DNA from: an uncultured Candidatus Saccharibacteria bacterium
Lineage (GTDB): Bacteria; Patescibacteriota; Minisyncoccia; Minisyncoccales; UBA10102
Assembly: GCA_964359655.1 (NCBI GenBank)
Contig: CAYHVI010000001.1
Span: 3,164 to 67,163, forward strand
DNA: 64,000 bases
Direction of reading: 5' to 3'
The position numbers were made by a program, and so were the translations under genes. The notes beneath the pieces are model-generated. The model was given only the letters and a program-made list of their open reading frames with translations. It did no database searches and was not told where the DNA came from. Position 1 is the stretch's first letter. The number at the start of each line of letters is the position of its first letter. Positions 45,919-54,775 of the stretch are shown one piece after another.

Positions 45919-45992
45919 TGTCCCCGGCGCGACTCGAACGCGCAATCTTTGGCTCCGGAGGCCAACGCTCTATCCAATTGAGCTACGGAGAC
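45919..45992 (-). tRNA. tRNA-Arg(CCG), CCA not encoded
   Basis: GTCTCCG/CGGGGAC acceptor stem, TTGGC-CTCCGGA-GCCAA anticodon arm, TTCGAGT T-loop. Confidence 0.97.
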
Positions 45993-46446
45993 GATATTTG
46001 TTTATTTCGTATCCCGCGATTCCGAATGCAACGGCGACATTCAGCGATTCTTTCTGCCCCAGCATTGGTATTTCGATTATAACATCTGCACGTTCCAAGA
46101 CCGAGGGAGACACGCCTTTGAGTTCATGGCCAATGACTAAAGCTAAAGGAAATTTGGGTTTGAATTTCGCCAAAGAAATACTTTTCTTGGTTTGTTCGAG
46201 CGCTGCCACAAAAACTCCCTGCGCCTTCAATTGCTCTACCAAGCGCCAAGTTTGTTTGTGATATTTCCATGGCACAATTTTTTCTGCGCCCAACGCGGTT
46301 TTTGATATTTTTTCTGAAGGCGGGTTCCCGGAAATACCACACAGAAAAACTTTATCCACTGCCAGCGCGTCTGCCGTGCGAAAAATCGAGCCAACATTTT
46401 CCAAGCTTCGGATGTTGTCGCAAATAACAAAGAATTGATTACGCAT
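45970..46446 (-). CDS. TrmH/SpoU family RNA methyltransferase
   Basis: DNIRSLENVGSIFRTAD, GHELKGV, ESLNVAVA. Confidence 0.93.
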   Translation of the reverse strand: MRNQFFVICDNIRSLENVGSIFRTADALAVDKVFLCGISGNPPSEKISKTALGAEKIVPWKYHKQTWRLVEQLKAQGVFVAALEQTKKSISLAKFKPKFPLALVIGHELKGVSPSVLERADVIIEIPMLGQKESLNVAVAFGIAGYEINKYRLRSSIG

Positions 46447-47395
46447 TGCCTTCTCGAAGGCGAGAGAATCGAATAAGCCCGGAGCAAGGGATAATCTCGA
46501 TTCCCTGCCTTTCAAGCTCGTCCAAAATAAGATTCATTCCAAGAGAATCAGAAGACATATGGCCCGTTACCACAATATTCATATTGGCAGCTTCGGCTTC
46601 TTTTTTACTGTCTTCGGTAATATGCATATCAACAATCGTGCCAATTCCGGCTTGCGCCATTTTTTCATACAGCTTTGGCGGAGGTTCGGTGCCACCCGTC
46701 ATTCCCACGTAAATGGTGCCGCAACGGTTCTCCGGTTTCCCTGAAAAAATCTTTGGCCCCATGCCCATTTCTGTCGCTTTTTCATACTCTTCAATCGTGT
46801 GCAAAAAGTGCAGTAAATCTTCGACTCGCTCTGGGCTTTCTGCTTCAATTTTCTCACGCAAAAACTTTGACACTTGATTATCCGCAACCGTATGCATGCA
46901 CATAAAGTTTACCCCAAGCAGTTTTGCAGCGTCGACTGCTCTCCAATTATTTCGTGGATTCCACATACGGAATACTTCAGAACTCCGTTCTCGCAAAAGA
47001 CTTTCTGCAACATTGATGGGCACGCCATACGAGTATAAGATGTCAGCTTGCATCTCCATTACCTCGTGCATATCTACCGTAGCTCTTCCTGAAGGATGAT
47101 GCGAGATTACCAAATCGATATCGTCAAGCTCCTTGGCAAGTAAGATTTCTGCAGCCTCAATGTCAATGCCCACCAGCGCCTTTTTGATTTCCCTGTCGTC
47201 TGCAACGTAAAGCACGCGCGTATCAGAATAAGGATTTTGTAAGGACTCTTGATCAAACTCTTTCTTCTCGTGCTCTGAAAGTTTTTCAAATTTCATTCGC
47301 TTTCTTTCGAGCAGTTTTTCCACGCGCTCTCTGCCTCGAGAATCTGCCTCAATGCCTTTCTCTATGGATAACTTATAGATGTCGCCGATCTTCAT
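46439..47395 (-). CDS. NIF3 (NGG1p-interacting factor 3)-like metal-binding protein
   Basis: NPYSDTR, GIDI, SHHP, HTVADN, GHMSSDSLGMN; start ATG 47395. Confidence 0.85.
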   Translation of the reverse strand: MKIGDIYKLSIEKGIEADSRGRERVEKLLERKRMKFEKLSEHEKKEFDQESLQNPYSDTRVLYVADDREIKKALVGIDIEAAEILLAKELDDIDLVISHHPSGRATVDMHEVMEMQADILYSYGVPINVAESLLRERSSEVFRMWNPRNNWRAVDAAKLLGVNFMCMHTVADNQVSKFLREKIEAESPERVEDLLHFLHTIEEYEKATEMGMGPKIFSGKPENRCGTIYVGMTGGTEPPPKLYEKMAQAGIGTIVDMHITEDSKKEAEAANMNIVVTGHMSSDSLGMNLILDELERQGIEIIPCSGLIRFSRLREGNA

Positions 47396-47522
47396 TGGGA
47401 TAAAGTTTCTCAATTTGTTTCTTTTGCTCTTCAACATTAGCAGTACTGCGCCGAATTCGCGCCTTTTCTTTTCGTATGTATTTTCGCATACCATGGGGAA
47501 TTTTCATGATTGGTTTGGGCAT
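47373..47522 (-). CDS. Small basic protein MPKPIMKIPHGMRKYIRKEKARIRRSTANVEEQKKQIEKLYPNEDRRHL
   Basis: Hand-translated 49-aa ORF filling the murE-NIF3 gap; amphipathic and basic. Confidence 0.55.
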   Translation of the reverse strand: MPKPIMKIPHGMRKYIRKEKARIRRSTANVEEQKKQIEKLYPNEDRRHL

Positions 47523-47545
47523 AGCTCTTCATCCATAGCACATTC

Positions 47546-48865
47546 TCAAATTTTTGTAAATTCTTCCTCAACTACTTTGCGTTCATCCCATGGAATTTTT
47601 TTACCTCCAGCTATTGCAATTGCGTCTTCCGAACCCTTGCCGCTTATCACCACCACGTCGCCTTCTCGCGCCAAAGACAATGCTCTACGAATCGCCTCTC
47701 GTCTATCAATAATTTTCAATAAATCTTGAGCTTTGAGCTTTGAGCTTTGAGCTTGAGAAACTCCAGAAGCAATTTGCTCGATGATTGCTTCTGGGTTTTC
47801 GTCATAGGGATCTTCATTGGTCAAAACAATAGTGTCGCAATACGAGGAAGCGATTTTGCCCAATAGAGGACGCTTCCATTTGTCGCGGCCGCCTCCGCAC
47901 GCTCCAAATACGCAAATAAGCTTTTTTGGCTCGAACAAACGTCGCACCCCAGCGTATAAATTTTCCAGCGCCTTTGGAGTAACCGCGTAATCAATCAATA
48001 CGCAAAACGGTTGGGTAATCACGGGCTCGGTTCTGCCCGGCATCCTCGGCATTTTCGCCAAAGCAGATTGGCACACTTCCATAGAAATTCCATGCGCCAA
48101 TCCCACGCATGTTGCAGCTAATGCATTGTACGCGTTAAATTGCCCAATAAGATTCAAGTGAAAAGCTACTCCATTGATGAAAAAATTCGTGCCCTCTTTT
48201 GTTTCTCGCACGTCGCTTCCGACAAATGTTTGGGTTTTAGGATTTGGGATTTGATTGAGATTTGAGGTTTGGGGTTTTGGATTTACTCCATACATGTATG
48301 TTTCGTTTGCGGGAATCTGAAAAAAATATGCCGCGTTTTCGTCATCCCCATTGACTACATGGAGTTTTTTGGCAGTAAAAAACAGCTTTTGTTTTTCTGC
48401 CCGATATTTTTCAAAAGAGCCATGCCGCTCAATATGCTCGGGCGACAAATTGGTGATTACTGCAGTGTGGAAATTCAAAAATCGGTGGCGATGCTGCAAA
48501 ATTCCTTCAGAGCTCACCTCGATGATTGCATGCGTACATCCCTCGAGCAGAGCTTGTGCCAAGAATTTTTGCAAAAACATTCTACCTGGCATTCCCATTT
48601 TCAACGTGTTTTTCCACTTTTTTTCTCCTATTTGAAACCACACCGAAGAAGTCGAACAAGTCTTATGCCCTGCTTCTTTGAAAATCCGTGTAATCATTTC
48701 CGTAGTGGTGGACTTGCCATCTGTACCAGTTATGCCAACTACAGTGAGTTTCCTCGCGGGAAACCCGTACATCACAGCGCCCGAAAACGCCCACAAAAAA
48801 TGATACCAGCTCAAGGCAAATCTCGGGACAGACCTCTGCAAAAGATTCTTTGCTCTTGCCATCAT
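47546..48865 (-). CDS. murE: UDP-MurNAc-tripeptide synthetase
   Basis: GITGTDGKST, EVSSEG, TNLSPEH, FGACGGGRD, EDPYDE, GKGSE. Confidence 0.92.
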   Translation of the reverse strand: MMARAKNLLQRSVPRFALSWYHFLWAFSGAVMYGFPARKLTVVGITGTDGKSTTTEMITRIFKEAGHKTCSTSSVWFQIGEKKWKNTLKMGMPGRMFLQKFLAQALLEGCTHAIIEVSSEGILQHRHRFLNFHTAVITNLSPEHIERHGSFEKYRAEKQKLFFTAKKLHVVNGDDENAAYFFQIPANETYMYGVNPKPQTSNLNQIPNPKTQTFVGSDVRETKEGTNFFINGVAFHLNLIGQFNAYNALAATCVGLAHGISMEVCQSALAKMPRMPGRTEPVITQPFCVLIDYAVTPKALENLYAGVRRLFEPKKLICVFGACGGGRDKWKRPLLGKIASSYCDTIVLTNEDPYDENPEAIIEQIASGVSQAQSSKLKAQDLLKIIDRREAIRRALSLAREGDVVVISGKGSEDAIAIAGGKKIPWDERKVVEEEFTKI

Positions 48866-48944
48866 CCTTTTAATCTAGCACGTTTCTCGCCCAAAATTAA
48901 AGGGCGCTGCTGATTCGTTGTCATAGCGCCCTCCATCTCCATTA

Positions 48945-49454
48945 TTATTTTGGAGGTAGCGTACCCTTCCTTGTAAGCACCTCCTCCGTTTGCGCATCGA
49001 TAGAAGGCGGCAACTCCTGTCCTGCTGCAAGGCGCGCTTGTGCTTCCTTTTGGATCTGACTGCTCGTCTTCTGTACTCTGTATACCTGTTGCATGAAAGC
49101 CAAGCTTGCTGGGGTGCCGGCAATCCTTGAGAATTCCGGTGCTTTTCTCCCCCGGAATCGGTTTTTCTCGATAAGAAAATCTGCGTCCAGCTCCTCGAGG
49201 TACTTAGTCGCTAGCTCAAGAGTGAGCGGGCGTTTGTCTGGATATTCATCGTCATCCCAGCTTGGATCGGGGCCTAAACGAAATGCTTCGCCGGTTTCCA
49301 TCTTATCGAACCATTGTTGATACAGTTCGAAAACGTCATACTTGTTGACGGCATCTACCCAAGCACACGCTCTTGCTAGAGGATCGTCTCGATCCCCCCA
49401 CTCACTTATACACGAGTTGAACAGTGCATGCGGAGTAACTTCGTAGTACGCCAT
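48945..49454 (-). CDS. Hypothetical protein, paralogue of 49469-49945
   Basis: ATG 49454 after AAAGGAG. Confidence 0.7.
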   Translation of the reverse strand: MAYYEVTPHALFNSCISEWGDRDDPLARACAWVDAVNKYDVFELYQQWFDKMETGEAFRLGPDPSWDDDEYPDKRPLTLELATKYLEELDADFLIEKNRFRGRKAPEFSRIAGTPASLAFMQQVYRVQKTSSQIQKEAQARLAAGQELPPSIDAQTEEVLTRKGTLPPK

Positions 49455-49468
49455 GCCAACTCCTTTCT

Positions 49469-49945
49469 TTAAACATTCGGCCATGGTGGCAATTCAATAC
49501 CCTCATCCAATAGTGCTTGAGCCTTTCTTCGCACCTCCTCTGAAGTTTGTATGACTGCACACCCTTCTTGATAAAAAGCTTGTCTGGCTGCAAGTGGCAT
49601 TTCTTTGAGTTTTGGCAAAAGCACCTTTTCATCTACGGTTGGGCCGTAGAACTCTCCAACTGCAGCATCGATAAATTCAATGGTTTTGTCGTTATCTGGT
49701 AGTTTCCTTGTCGGATCCAATCTCCGTTCATCAACTTTCCCCTGATCAATCAATTGAAGCCAGGTACGTACAAACCAAAGAAAGTCCCAAACGCCCTGTG
49801 CTTCTACTACCGCGCATGCCATCGTGAAGGGATGATCCTTTGATTGTCCGCTTATTTCTGTGATATCGCCTCCATCATTTGCAGAGAGAAGCCGATTATA
49901 GATAATCCGAAGAGTCTTTGGCGAGGGTCGTGGTTCTCTTGGCAT
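49469..49945 (-). CDS. Hypothetical protein, paralogue of 48945-49454
   Basis: ATG after AAGGAGG. Confidence 0.7.
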   Translation of the reverse strand: MPREPRPSPKTLRIIYNRLLSANDGGDITEISGQSKDHPFTMACAVVEAQGVWDFLWFVRTWLQLIDQGKVDERRLDPTRKLPDNDKTIEFIDAAVGEFYGPTVDEKVLLPKLKEMPLAARQAFYQEGCAVIQTSEEVRRKAQALLDEGIELPPWPNV

Positions 49946-50029
49946 GTCTTAACCTCCTTTCCTTGCTTTATTTTTATAGTAAGAACAGATGATCAATCTT
50001 ATCACAATATCATCGAATGTACAGAACAA

Positions 50030-50058
50030 AAGAGGCGTCACGAGTTGTGACGCCTCTT
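50030..50058 (-). terminator. Terminator hairpin
   Basis: 12-bp stem AAGAGGCGTCAC/GTGACGCCTCTT. Confidence 0.75.
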
Positions 50059-50083
50059 CAATATTTGACATGCATGCATAGAG

Positions 50084-50263
50084 CTATGGCTCTATCACAC
50101 GCCGTACTCTTCGCACTGTCCTGCTCCTTTGCCCAGGGCAATGATCAGGATCTGGCGCGTACCGACGCGCAGGATCTGGTTGCGGTCCAGGGCTAGTCGT
50201 CGGACTAGTCCTCGTCGGCACTTCTGTCGGCTGAACTCCCTTTGCTATTTTTATTCTTGCCAC
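50084..50263 (-). CDS. 59-aa Pro/Thr/Arg-rich small protein
   Basis: GTG after AAAGGAGGT; ends just before the terminator; hand-translated. Confidence 0.65.
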   Translation of the reverse strand: MARIKIAKGVQPTEVPTRTSPTTSPGPQPDPARRYAPDPDHCPGQRSRTVRRVRRVIEP

Positions 50264-50690
50264 CGAACTTACCTCCTTTTCTTTTCAGATCTTCAAACCG
50301 ATCCGAATAATCTTCCTTCCCGGGTTCGTTGCTGATCACCTCCCCAAACTCATCCACTGTTGTTTGTATCGCTGACTCGGCTGCAAGCGCCCGAATGCCC
50401 GCGTACACTTTCAGCAGCAGGCTTAGTCCCACACGCTCACTTCCGATCACAACGGATGATCTAGTAACCTCTCTGATTACCCAAAGCTCAGGAAGGCTGA
50501 AATAAACAGTCACTTGACTGCTTTGCTGGTCGGTTTCGAGCACAGCGCCGCCTATCTTCAGGAGCAGCGTCGGGTATGGCGACGCCTGGCCTTGCAGTCC
50601 GTCAGGCGGCCCCTGCATGAACATCGAGATCGAATCGGAGAGGTAGAGGCTCTCCAGGTGGGTCAGTTGGACCGGATAAGCGTTGGCCAC
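50205..50690 (-). CDS. Hypothetical protein (161 aa)
   Basis: GTG after AAGGGGGTGA; higher GC than flanks. Confidence 0.7.
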   Translation of the reverse strand: MANAYPVQLTHLESLYLSDSISMFMQGPPDGLQGQASPYPTLLLKIGGAVLETDQQSSQVTVYFSLPELWVIREVTRSSVVIGSERVGLSLLLKVYAGIRALAAESAIQTTVDEFGEVISNEPGKEDYSDRFEDLKRKGGKFGGKNKNSKGSSADRSADED

Positions 50691-50775
50691 GGTATCACCC
50701 CCTTTCTAAAATGAGCTGTTTTTGAAATCACCTCCTTCTTTAGATATACCTTCTCGATGAAGTAAGTCAATACTC

Positions 50776-51336
50776 CTATCGCTTTACGATCTTGAGCGCC
50801 TCCTTGATTTTTTGTTCAGGATCGGTCACTTCTGCCGGGATGCGAGACAAGGCGTCGCGGGCTTCTGCCTTGGAAAAACCAAGATTCACGAGCGAATCAA
50901 CAACCTCATCTCCCGATGATCGCTTGCTCTCAAAACTCCCGAGTTTACCCGTAAGCTCTAAAATTATTTTCTGGATTTTCTTCTCTCCGATCCCCTTAAT
51001 GCGGAAAAAGGCGGTGTTGCGCTGGTCAATTGCTTTCTTAATATCTTCTGGCTTTCCGAGCGAAGTTAAAATCATTGCGGCTTTTGGCCCTATCCCAGAA
51101 ACATTGCGGAAAACTTCAAAAAGCTTTAATGCTTCAAAAGACGGCAATCCGTAAAGTTCCAGAGTTGCTTCCTTTCTCACTTGGAGCGCGCAAAACATTT
51201 CAACCTGTTCTTGCCCTTGTTTCAACTGCATATGCAATCCCTCTGGCACAAACACCTTATACCCTACTCCGCCGGTTTCGAGTATGATATAATCAGAGTC
51301 TTTCAATAAGATTTTCCCCTTGAGATATGCAATCAT
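50776..51336 (-). CDS. ruvA: Holliday junction branch migration protein RuvA
   Basis: MIAYLKG, GGVGYKV, VSGIGPKAA, LVNLGFS. Confidence 0.95.
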   Translation of the reverse strand: MIAYLKGKILLKDSDYIILETGGVGYKVFVPEGLHMQLKQGQEQVEMFCALQVRKEATLELYGLPSFEALKLFEVFRNVSGIGPKAAMILTSLGKPEDIKKAIDQRNTAFFRIKGIGEKKIQKIILELTGKLGSFESKRSSGDEVVDSLVNLGFSKAEARDALSRIPAEVTDPEQKIKEALKIVKR

Positions 51337-51349
51337 ATCTTTATAGTAA

Positions 51350-53293
51350 ATGAAATTCAGCTTAGTATCAAAATTCCGTCCGACTGGCGACCAACCGCAG
51401 GCAATTGCAAAACTAGTCTCCAATATCGAAGCTGGTGCAAAACACCAGGTGCTTTTGGGCGTTACGGGCAGCGGCAAAACATTCACCATGGCGAACGTAA
51501 TTGAAAAAACTCAAAAACCCACCCTCGTGATTTCGCCAAACAAAACTTTAGCCGCCCAACTCTACCAAGAATTCAGAGAGTTTTTCCCTAAAAATGGCGT
51601 GCACTACTTTGTTTCTTACTATGACTATTACCAGCCAGAGGCCTATATTCCCCAGTCTGACACGTACATCGAAAAAGATTCAAAGATCAATGATACCATA
51701 GATCGCCTGCGACACGAGGCAGTTCAAGACGTGCTCTCTAAAAAAGATGTCCTCGTGGTGGCTTCAGTTTCTTGCATTTACAACATTGGATCTCCTGAAG
51801 ATTACCAGAATATTGCTTTGGATGTAAAACTTGGCCAAAAAATTGAGCGGAAAAGCTTTCTTGCCCACATTACCGCGCTCCAGTACCAAAGGAATGATAT
51901 TGATTTTAAACCCGGAACCTTCCGAATCCGTGGAGAAGTAACGGAGATATTTGCAGTTACCGGAAAAGAACTTATCCGTATTGAATTTTCCGGCGACCAT
52001 ATTGAAGGACTCGCGCTTTCCCGCGATATCGTCAATCCTGCGTACAGCGCCACGGAAACCTACCGATTTTTCCCTGCGAAATTTTGGGTAACACCACAAA
52101 ACAAACTCTCGCTCGCAATGGAAAACATTCGTTCGGAGCTCTCTTGGCGCCTCCAAGAACTGCGCAAGCAAAACAAGGTGCTCCAAGCCCAACGTTTGGA
52201 ACAACGCACCAATTATGATTTGGAGTTAATACAAGAATCAGGATATTGTCACGGAATTGAAAATTATTCGCGGCATCTCGAATTTCGAAACGCGGGAGAT
52301 CCTCCGTATACGCTTTTGGAATACTTTGGCAAAGATTTTCTCTTTCTTGTTGACGAAAGCCATCTTACCCTTTCCCAATTGAAAGCTATGGCAGTGCAAG
52401 ATCGGGCGCGCAAACAAGCGCTGGTCGAACACGGATTCCGCCTACCCTCCGCGCTTGACAATCGCCCCTTAACCTTCAAAGAAACGTTCGAACGCGTTCC
52501 TCAAACCATATACATATCTGCTACGCCTGCCGTATTCGAACTCTCAACATCAAAACCTCATATCGCAGAACAACTCATTCGACCTACGGGATTGCTGGAG
52601 CCTGAAATTGAAATTCGGCCAACTACAAATCAGATCCAAGACATAATTAAAGAAATTGAAAAGCGCAAAGCAAAAAACCAAAGAGTACTCGTGCTTACTC
52701 TCACCAAACGTTTGGCAGAAGACATTGCAGATTATTTGGCGCAAAGAAACATTGCAGTCCAATGGCTCCATTCTGAAGTAAAAACACTGGAGCGGCCCGG
52801 AATTTTAGAGGATTTCAGAAGGGGCAAATATGATGTGATTGTGGGTATTAACCTTTTGCGGGAAGGTCTTGATTTACCCGAGGTCAGCCTCGTTGCCATT
52901 CTTGATGCAGACAAAGAAGGATTTTTGCGAAACGAAACCACCTTAATCCAAACCATGGGAAGAGCGGCGCGACATCCTGAAGGAAAAGCGATTTTGTATG
53001 CAGACGTCATGACTTTTTCAATAAAAAACGCTGTTGCAGAAATTGCGCGCCGGAAAAAAATACAGCAAGAATATAATAAAAAACATCACATTGTCCCGCA
53101 GCCAATAGTAAAAGAAATCAGAAAATGGGGGTTTGCCGACGCAAAAGAAATAGCAAAGGCAGAGTTTGGCCCAATTCAGGATGTAAAACTTCTTGAAAAA
53201 GAAATGAAGGAAGCTGCCAGCAATCTCAACTTTGAACGCGCCGCCCAAATCCGCGACCTCATCAAAAAGTTAAAAACGAAAAGTGCCAAGTGA
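51350..53293 (+). CDS. uvrB: Excinuclease ABC subunit B
   Basis: PTGDQP, GVTGSGKT, YYDYYQPEAY, DESH, GRAAR, UVR domain. Confidence 0.98.
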   Translation: MKFSLVSKFRPTGDQPQAIAKLVSNIEAGAKHQVLLGVTGSGKTFTMANVIEKTQKPTLVISPNKTLAAQLYQEFREFFPKNGVHYFVSYYDYYQPEAYIPQSDTYIEKDSKINDTIDRLRHEAVQDVLSKKDVLVVASVSCIYNIGSPEDYQNIALDVKLGQKIERKSFLAHITALQYQRNDIDFKPGTFRIRGEVTEIFAVTGKELIRIEFSGDHIEGLALSRDIVNPAYSATETYRFFPAKFWVTPQNKLSLAMENIRSELSWRLQELRKQNKVLQAQRLEQRTNYDLELIQESGYCHGIENYSRHLEFRNAGDPPYTLLEYFGKDFLFLVDESHLTLSQLKAMAVQDRARKQALVEHGFRLPSALDNRPLTFKETFERVPQTIYISATPAVFELSTSKPHIAEQLIRPTGLLEPEIEIRPTTNQIQDIIKEIEKRKAKNQRVLVLTLTKRLAEDIADYLAQRNIAVQWLHSEVKTLERPGILEDFRRGKYDVIVGINLLREGLDLPEVSLVAILDADKEGFLRNETTLIQTMGRAARHPEGKAILYADVMTFSIKNAVAEIARRKKIQQEYNKKHHIVPQPIVKEIRKWGFADAKEIAKAEFGPIQDVKLLEKEMKEAASNLNFERAAQIRDLIKKLKTKSAK

Positions 53294-53311
53294 AAAATTC
53301 CCCAGAAAAAG

Positions 53312-53339
53312 TTGACAAAAGTAATGTTGGTGCTATTAT
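53312..53339 (+). promoter_or_regulatory. Strong sigma70-like promoter
   Basis: TTGACA-16-TATTAT with TG extension. Confidence 0.65.
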
Positions 53340-53357
53340 TATATAAGCACTCAGTAA

Positions 53358-53642
53358 GGAGGAACAGAACAGCTTAAGGCTGTTCAACGAGCCTCTGAGA
53401 AAAGCTCTTGGAAGGAACTCGCGCAACTAGCACCTACTACTCTCGGGAAGGAAAGCCTAGAATTAACGGCTCTGTTGAGTCAGGAGTTCGGGATCTCCAT
53501 CTGCATACTTGTAGACTTTTCGTCTGGGAACACGGGAGGTCACGACGACCCAGTTTTTCAAGCCAGCATTGATCACTACGTTGGAGAGCTCAAAGAATTG
53601 AGTGAGCGCAATGCTCGTTCGAAAACACCCACAACCGAATAG
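53358..53642 (+). pseudogene. 94-codon open frame with no canonical start near its SD (pseudogene, odd start, or ncRNA)
   Basis: TAAGGAGG then a stop-free frame GGTEQLKAVQR...KTPTTE*. Confidence 0.35.
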
Positions 53643-53725
53643 CTGGGAGTTTTATTTTATTCTCATAAACCCTTTTATCATAATCTTCTAACCTTAATTT
53701 CCTGATCTCATCCGGTCAAATATAT

Positions 53726-53763
53726 TACTTTGTTAATTCAACCATGGTATTATTAATAAAGTA
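53726..53763. repeat. 38-bp palindromic repeat B1, 5 bp before the ATG of PaaX/Cas2-like gene 2
   Basis: TACTTTGTTAATTCAACCATGGTATTATTAATAAAGTA. Confidence 0.85.
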
Positions 53764-53768
53764 AGCTT

Positions 53769-54347
53769 ATGAAGTATACATATTATTTTCGGAAGCCAAA
53801 ATCGGAAGTGGCGAAAGATATTTTCCAATGGCTTCTGATAGGAGGGATGATAACCGTTGCAGCAACATCACCTTCCTTTGGCATTCATGCATGGCGAGCG
53901 TTTCAAAAGTGGCAGCAGAAAAAGCAATATCAAAAACGCAATTTTTCCGATATCTTTACGCACCTGCACCGAAAGGGACTGATTGACATAGAGCAACATG
54001 GACACAATCTTCATATTGCTCTTACTCCAAAGGGACGACAACTCGCAGGTTATCTTCAAATCGACTTCCTTAAAATCCAGCGACCAAAAATTTGGGATAA
54101 AAAGTGGAGACTTGTAATGTTTGATATTTCTCAACCAAAACGCAGGCATCGAAACGCTCTACGGGGCAAACTCGAAGAATTAGGATTTGTTCTGTATCAA
54201 AAAAGTGTGTGGCTGCACGCATTTGATTGCCGCAGTGAAATCGCAATACTCAAAGATTTCTTTGGACTCAAAGAAAATGAGATCTCCCTCATAGTGGCAC
54301 AGAAAATTGATCGAGAGGGCTATTTTAAAAAGCGCTTTCGAATATAA
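53769..54347 (+). CDS. PaaX-like wHTH plus Cas2-like domain protein (copy 2)
   Basis: HLHRKGLI...LTPKGR; WDKKWRLVMFDI...RNALRGKL...YQKSVW; clear paralogue of 22653-23231. Confidence 0.85.
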   Translation: MKYTYYFRKPKSEVAKDIFQWLLIGGMITVAATSPSFGIHAWRAFQKWQQKKQYQKRNFSDIFTHLHRKGLIDIEQHGHNLHIALTPKGRQLAGYLQIDFLKIQRPKIWDKKWRLVMFDISQPKRRHRNALRGKLEELGFVLYQKSVWLHAFDCRSEIAILKDFFGLKENEISLIVAQKIDREGYFKKRFRI

Positions 54348-54374
54348 CCCTCTCCTTAACTTTCTCACAAGGTA

Positions 54375-54412
54375 TACTTCATTAAGAGTACCATGGTATT
54401 TTTAATCAAGTA
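54375..54412. repeat. 38-bp palindromic repeat B2, downstream of copy 2
   Basis: TACTTCATTAAGAGTACCATGGTATTTTTAATCAAGTA; 30/38 identical to B1. Confidence 0.85.
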
Positions 54413-54499
54413 ACATTACCGATCTCCCTTACACGAAGAGAAAAGCGAAAAACGCGCCGTTCTTTACATTTTTCTCTTTTCGTTTTACACTTGCTCCAT

Positions 54500-54775
54500 A
54501 TGGCAATTACAAAATCAGCGAAAAAGGCTCTACGGCAAAACGCCACAGGAAAAGCAAGAAATCTCAAGAGAAAAAACACCTTTAAGACTCTGATTAAGCA
54601 GGAAAAGAAACTCGTTGAGCAAAAGAATTGGGAAGAAGCGCAAAAGCTTTTGCCCAAACTCTACAAGGCTTTGGACAAAGCTGCACAGCGCGGGGTTCTG
54701 AAGAAAAATACCGCGGCAAGAAAAAAATCGCGGCTTACCAAATTCTTCCGAGCAAACCTTAAAGTTGGGCAATAA
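54500..54775 (+). CDS. rpsT: 30S ribosomal protein S20
   Basis: MAITKSAKKALRQ, LDKAA, KNTAARKKSRL. Confidence 0.97.
   Translation: MAITKSAKKALRQNATGKARNLKRKNTFKTLIKQEKKLVEQKNWEEAQKLLPKLYKALDKAAQRGVLKKNTAARKKSRLTKFFRANLKVGQ

Noticed and set aside
43860-45992. Integrative element at tRNA-Arg
   Set aside because: No duplicated tRNA 3' end and no integrase seen
53340-53660. RNase P or SRP RNA
   Set aside because: Lacks the RNase P GAGGAAAGUCC and SRP GGAA-loop/AGCAG signatures
22617-54412. CRISPR-Cas locus, suggested by Cas2-like domains, 36-38 bp repeats and a Cas4-like nuclease
   Set aside because: No array of repeats with 30-40 bp spacers and no cas1 or effector gene; each repeat pair encloses a whole gene
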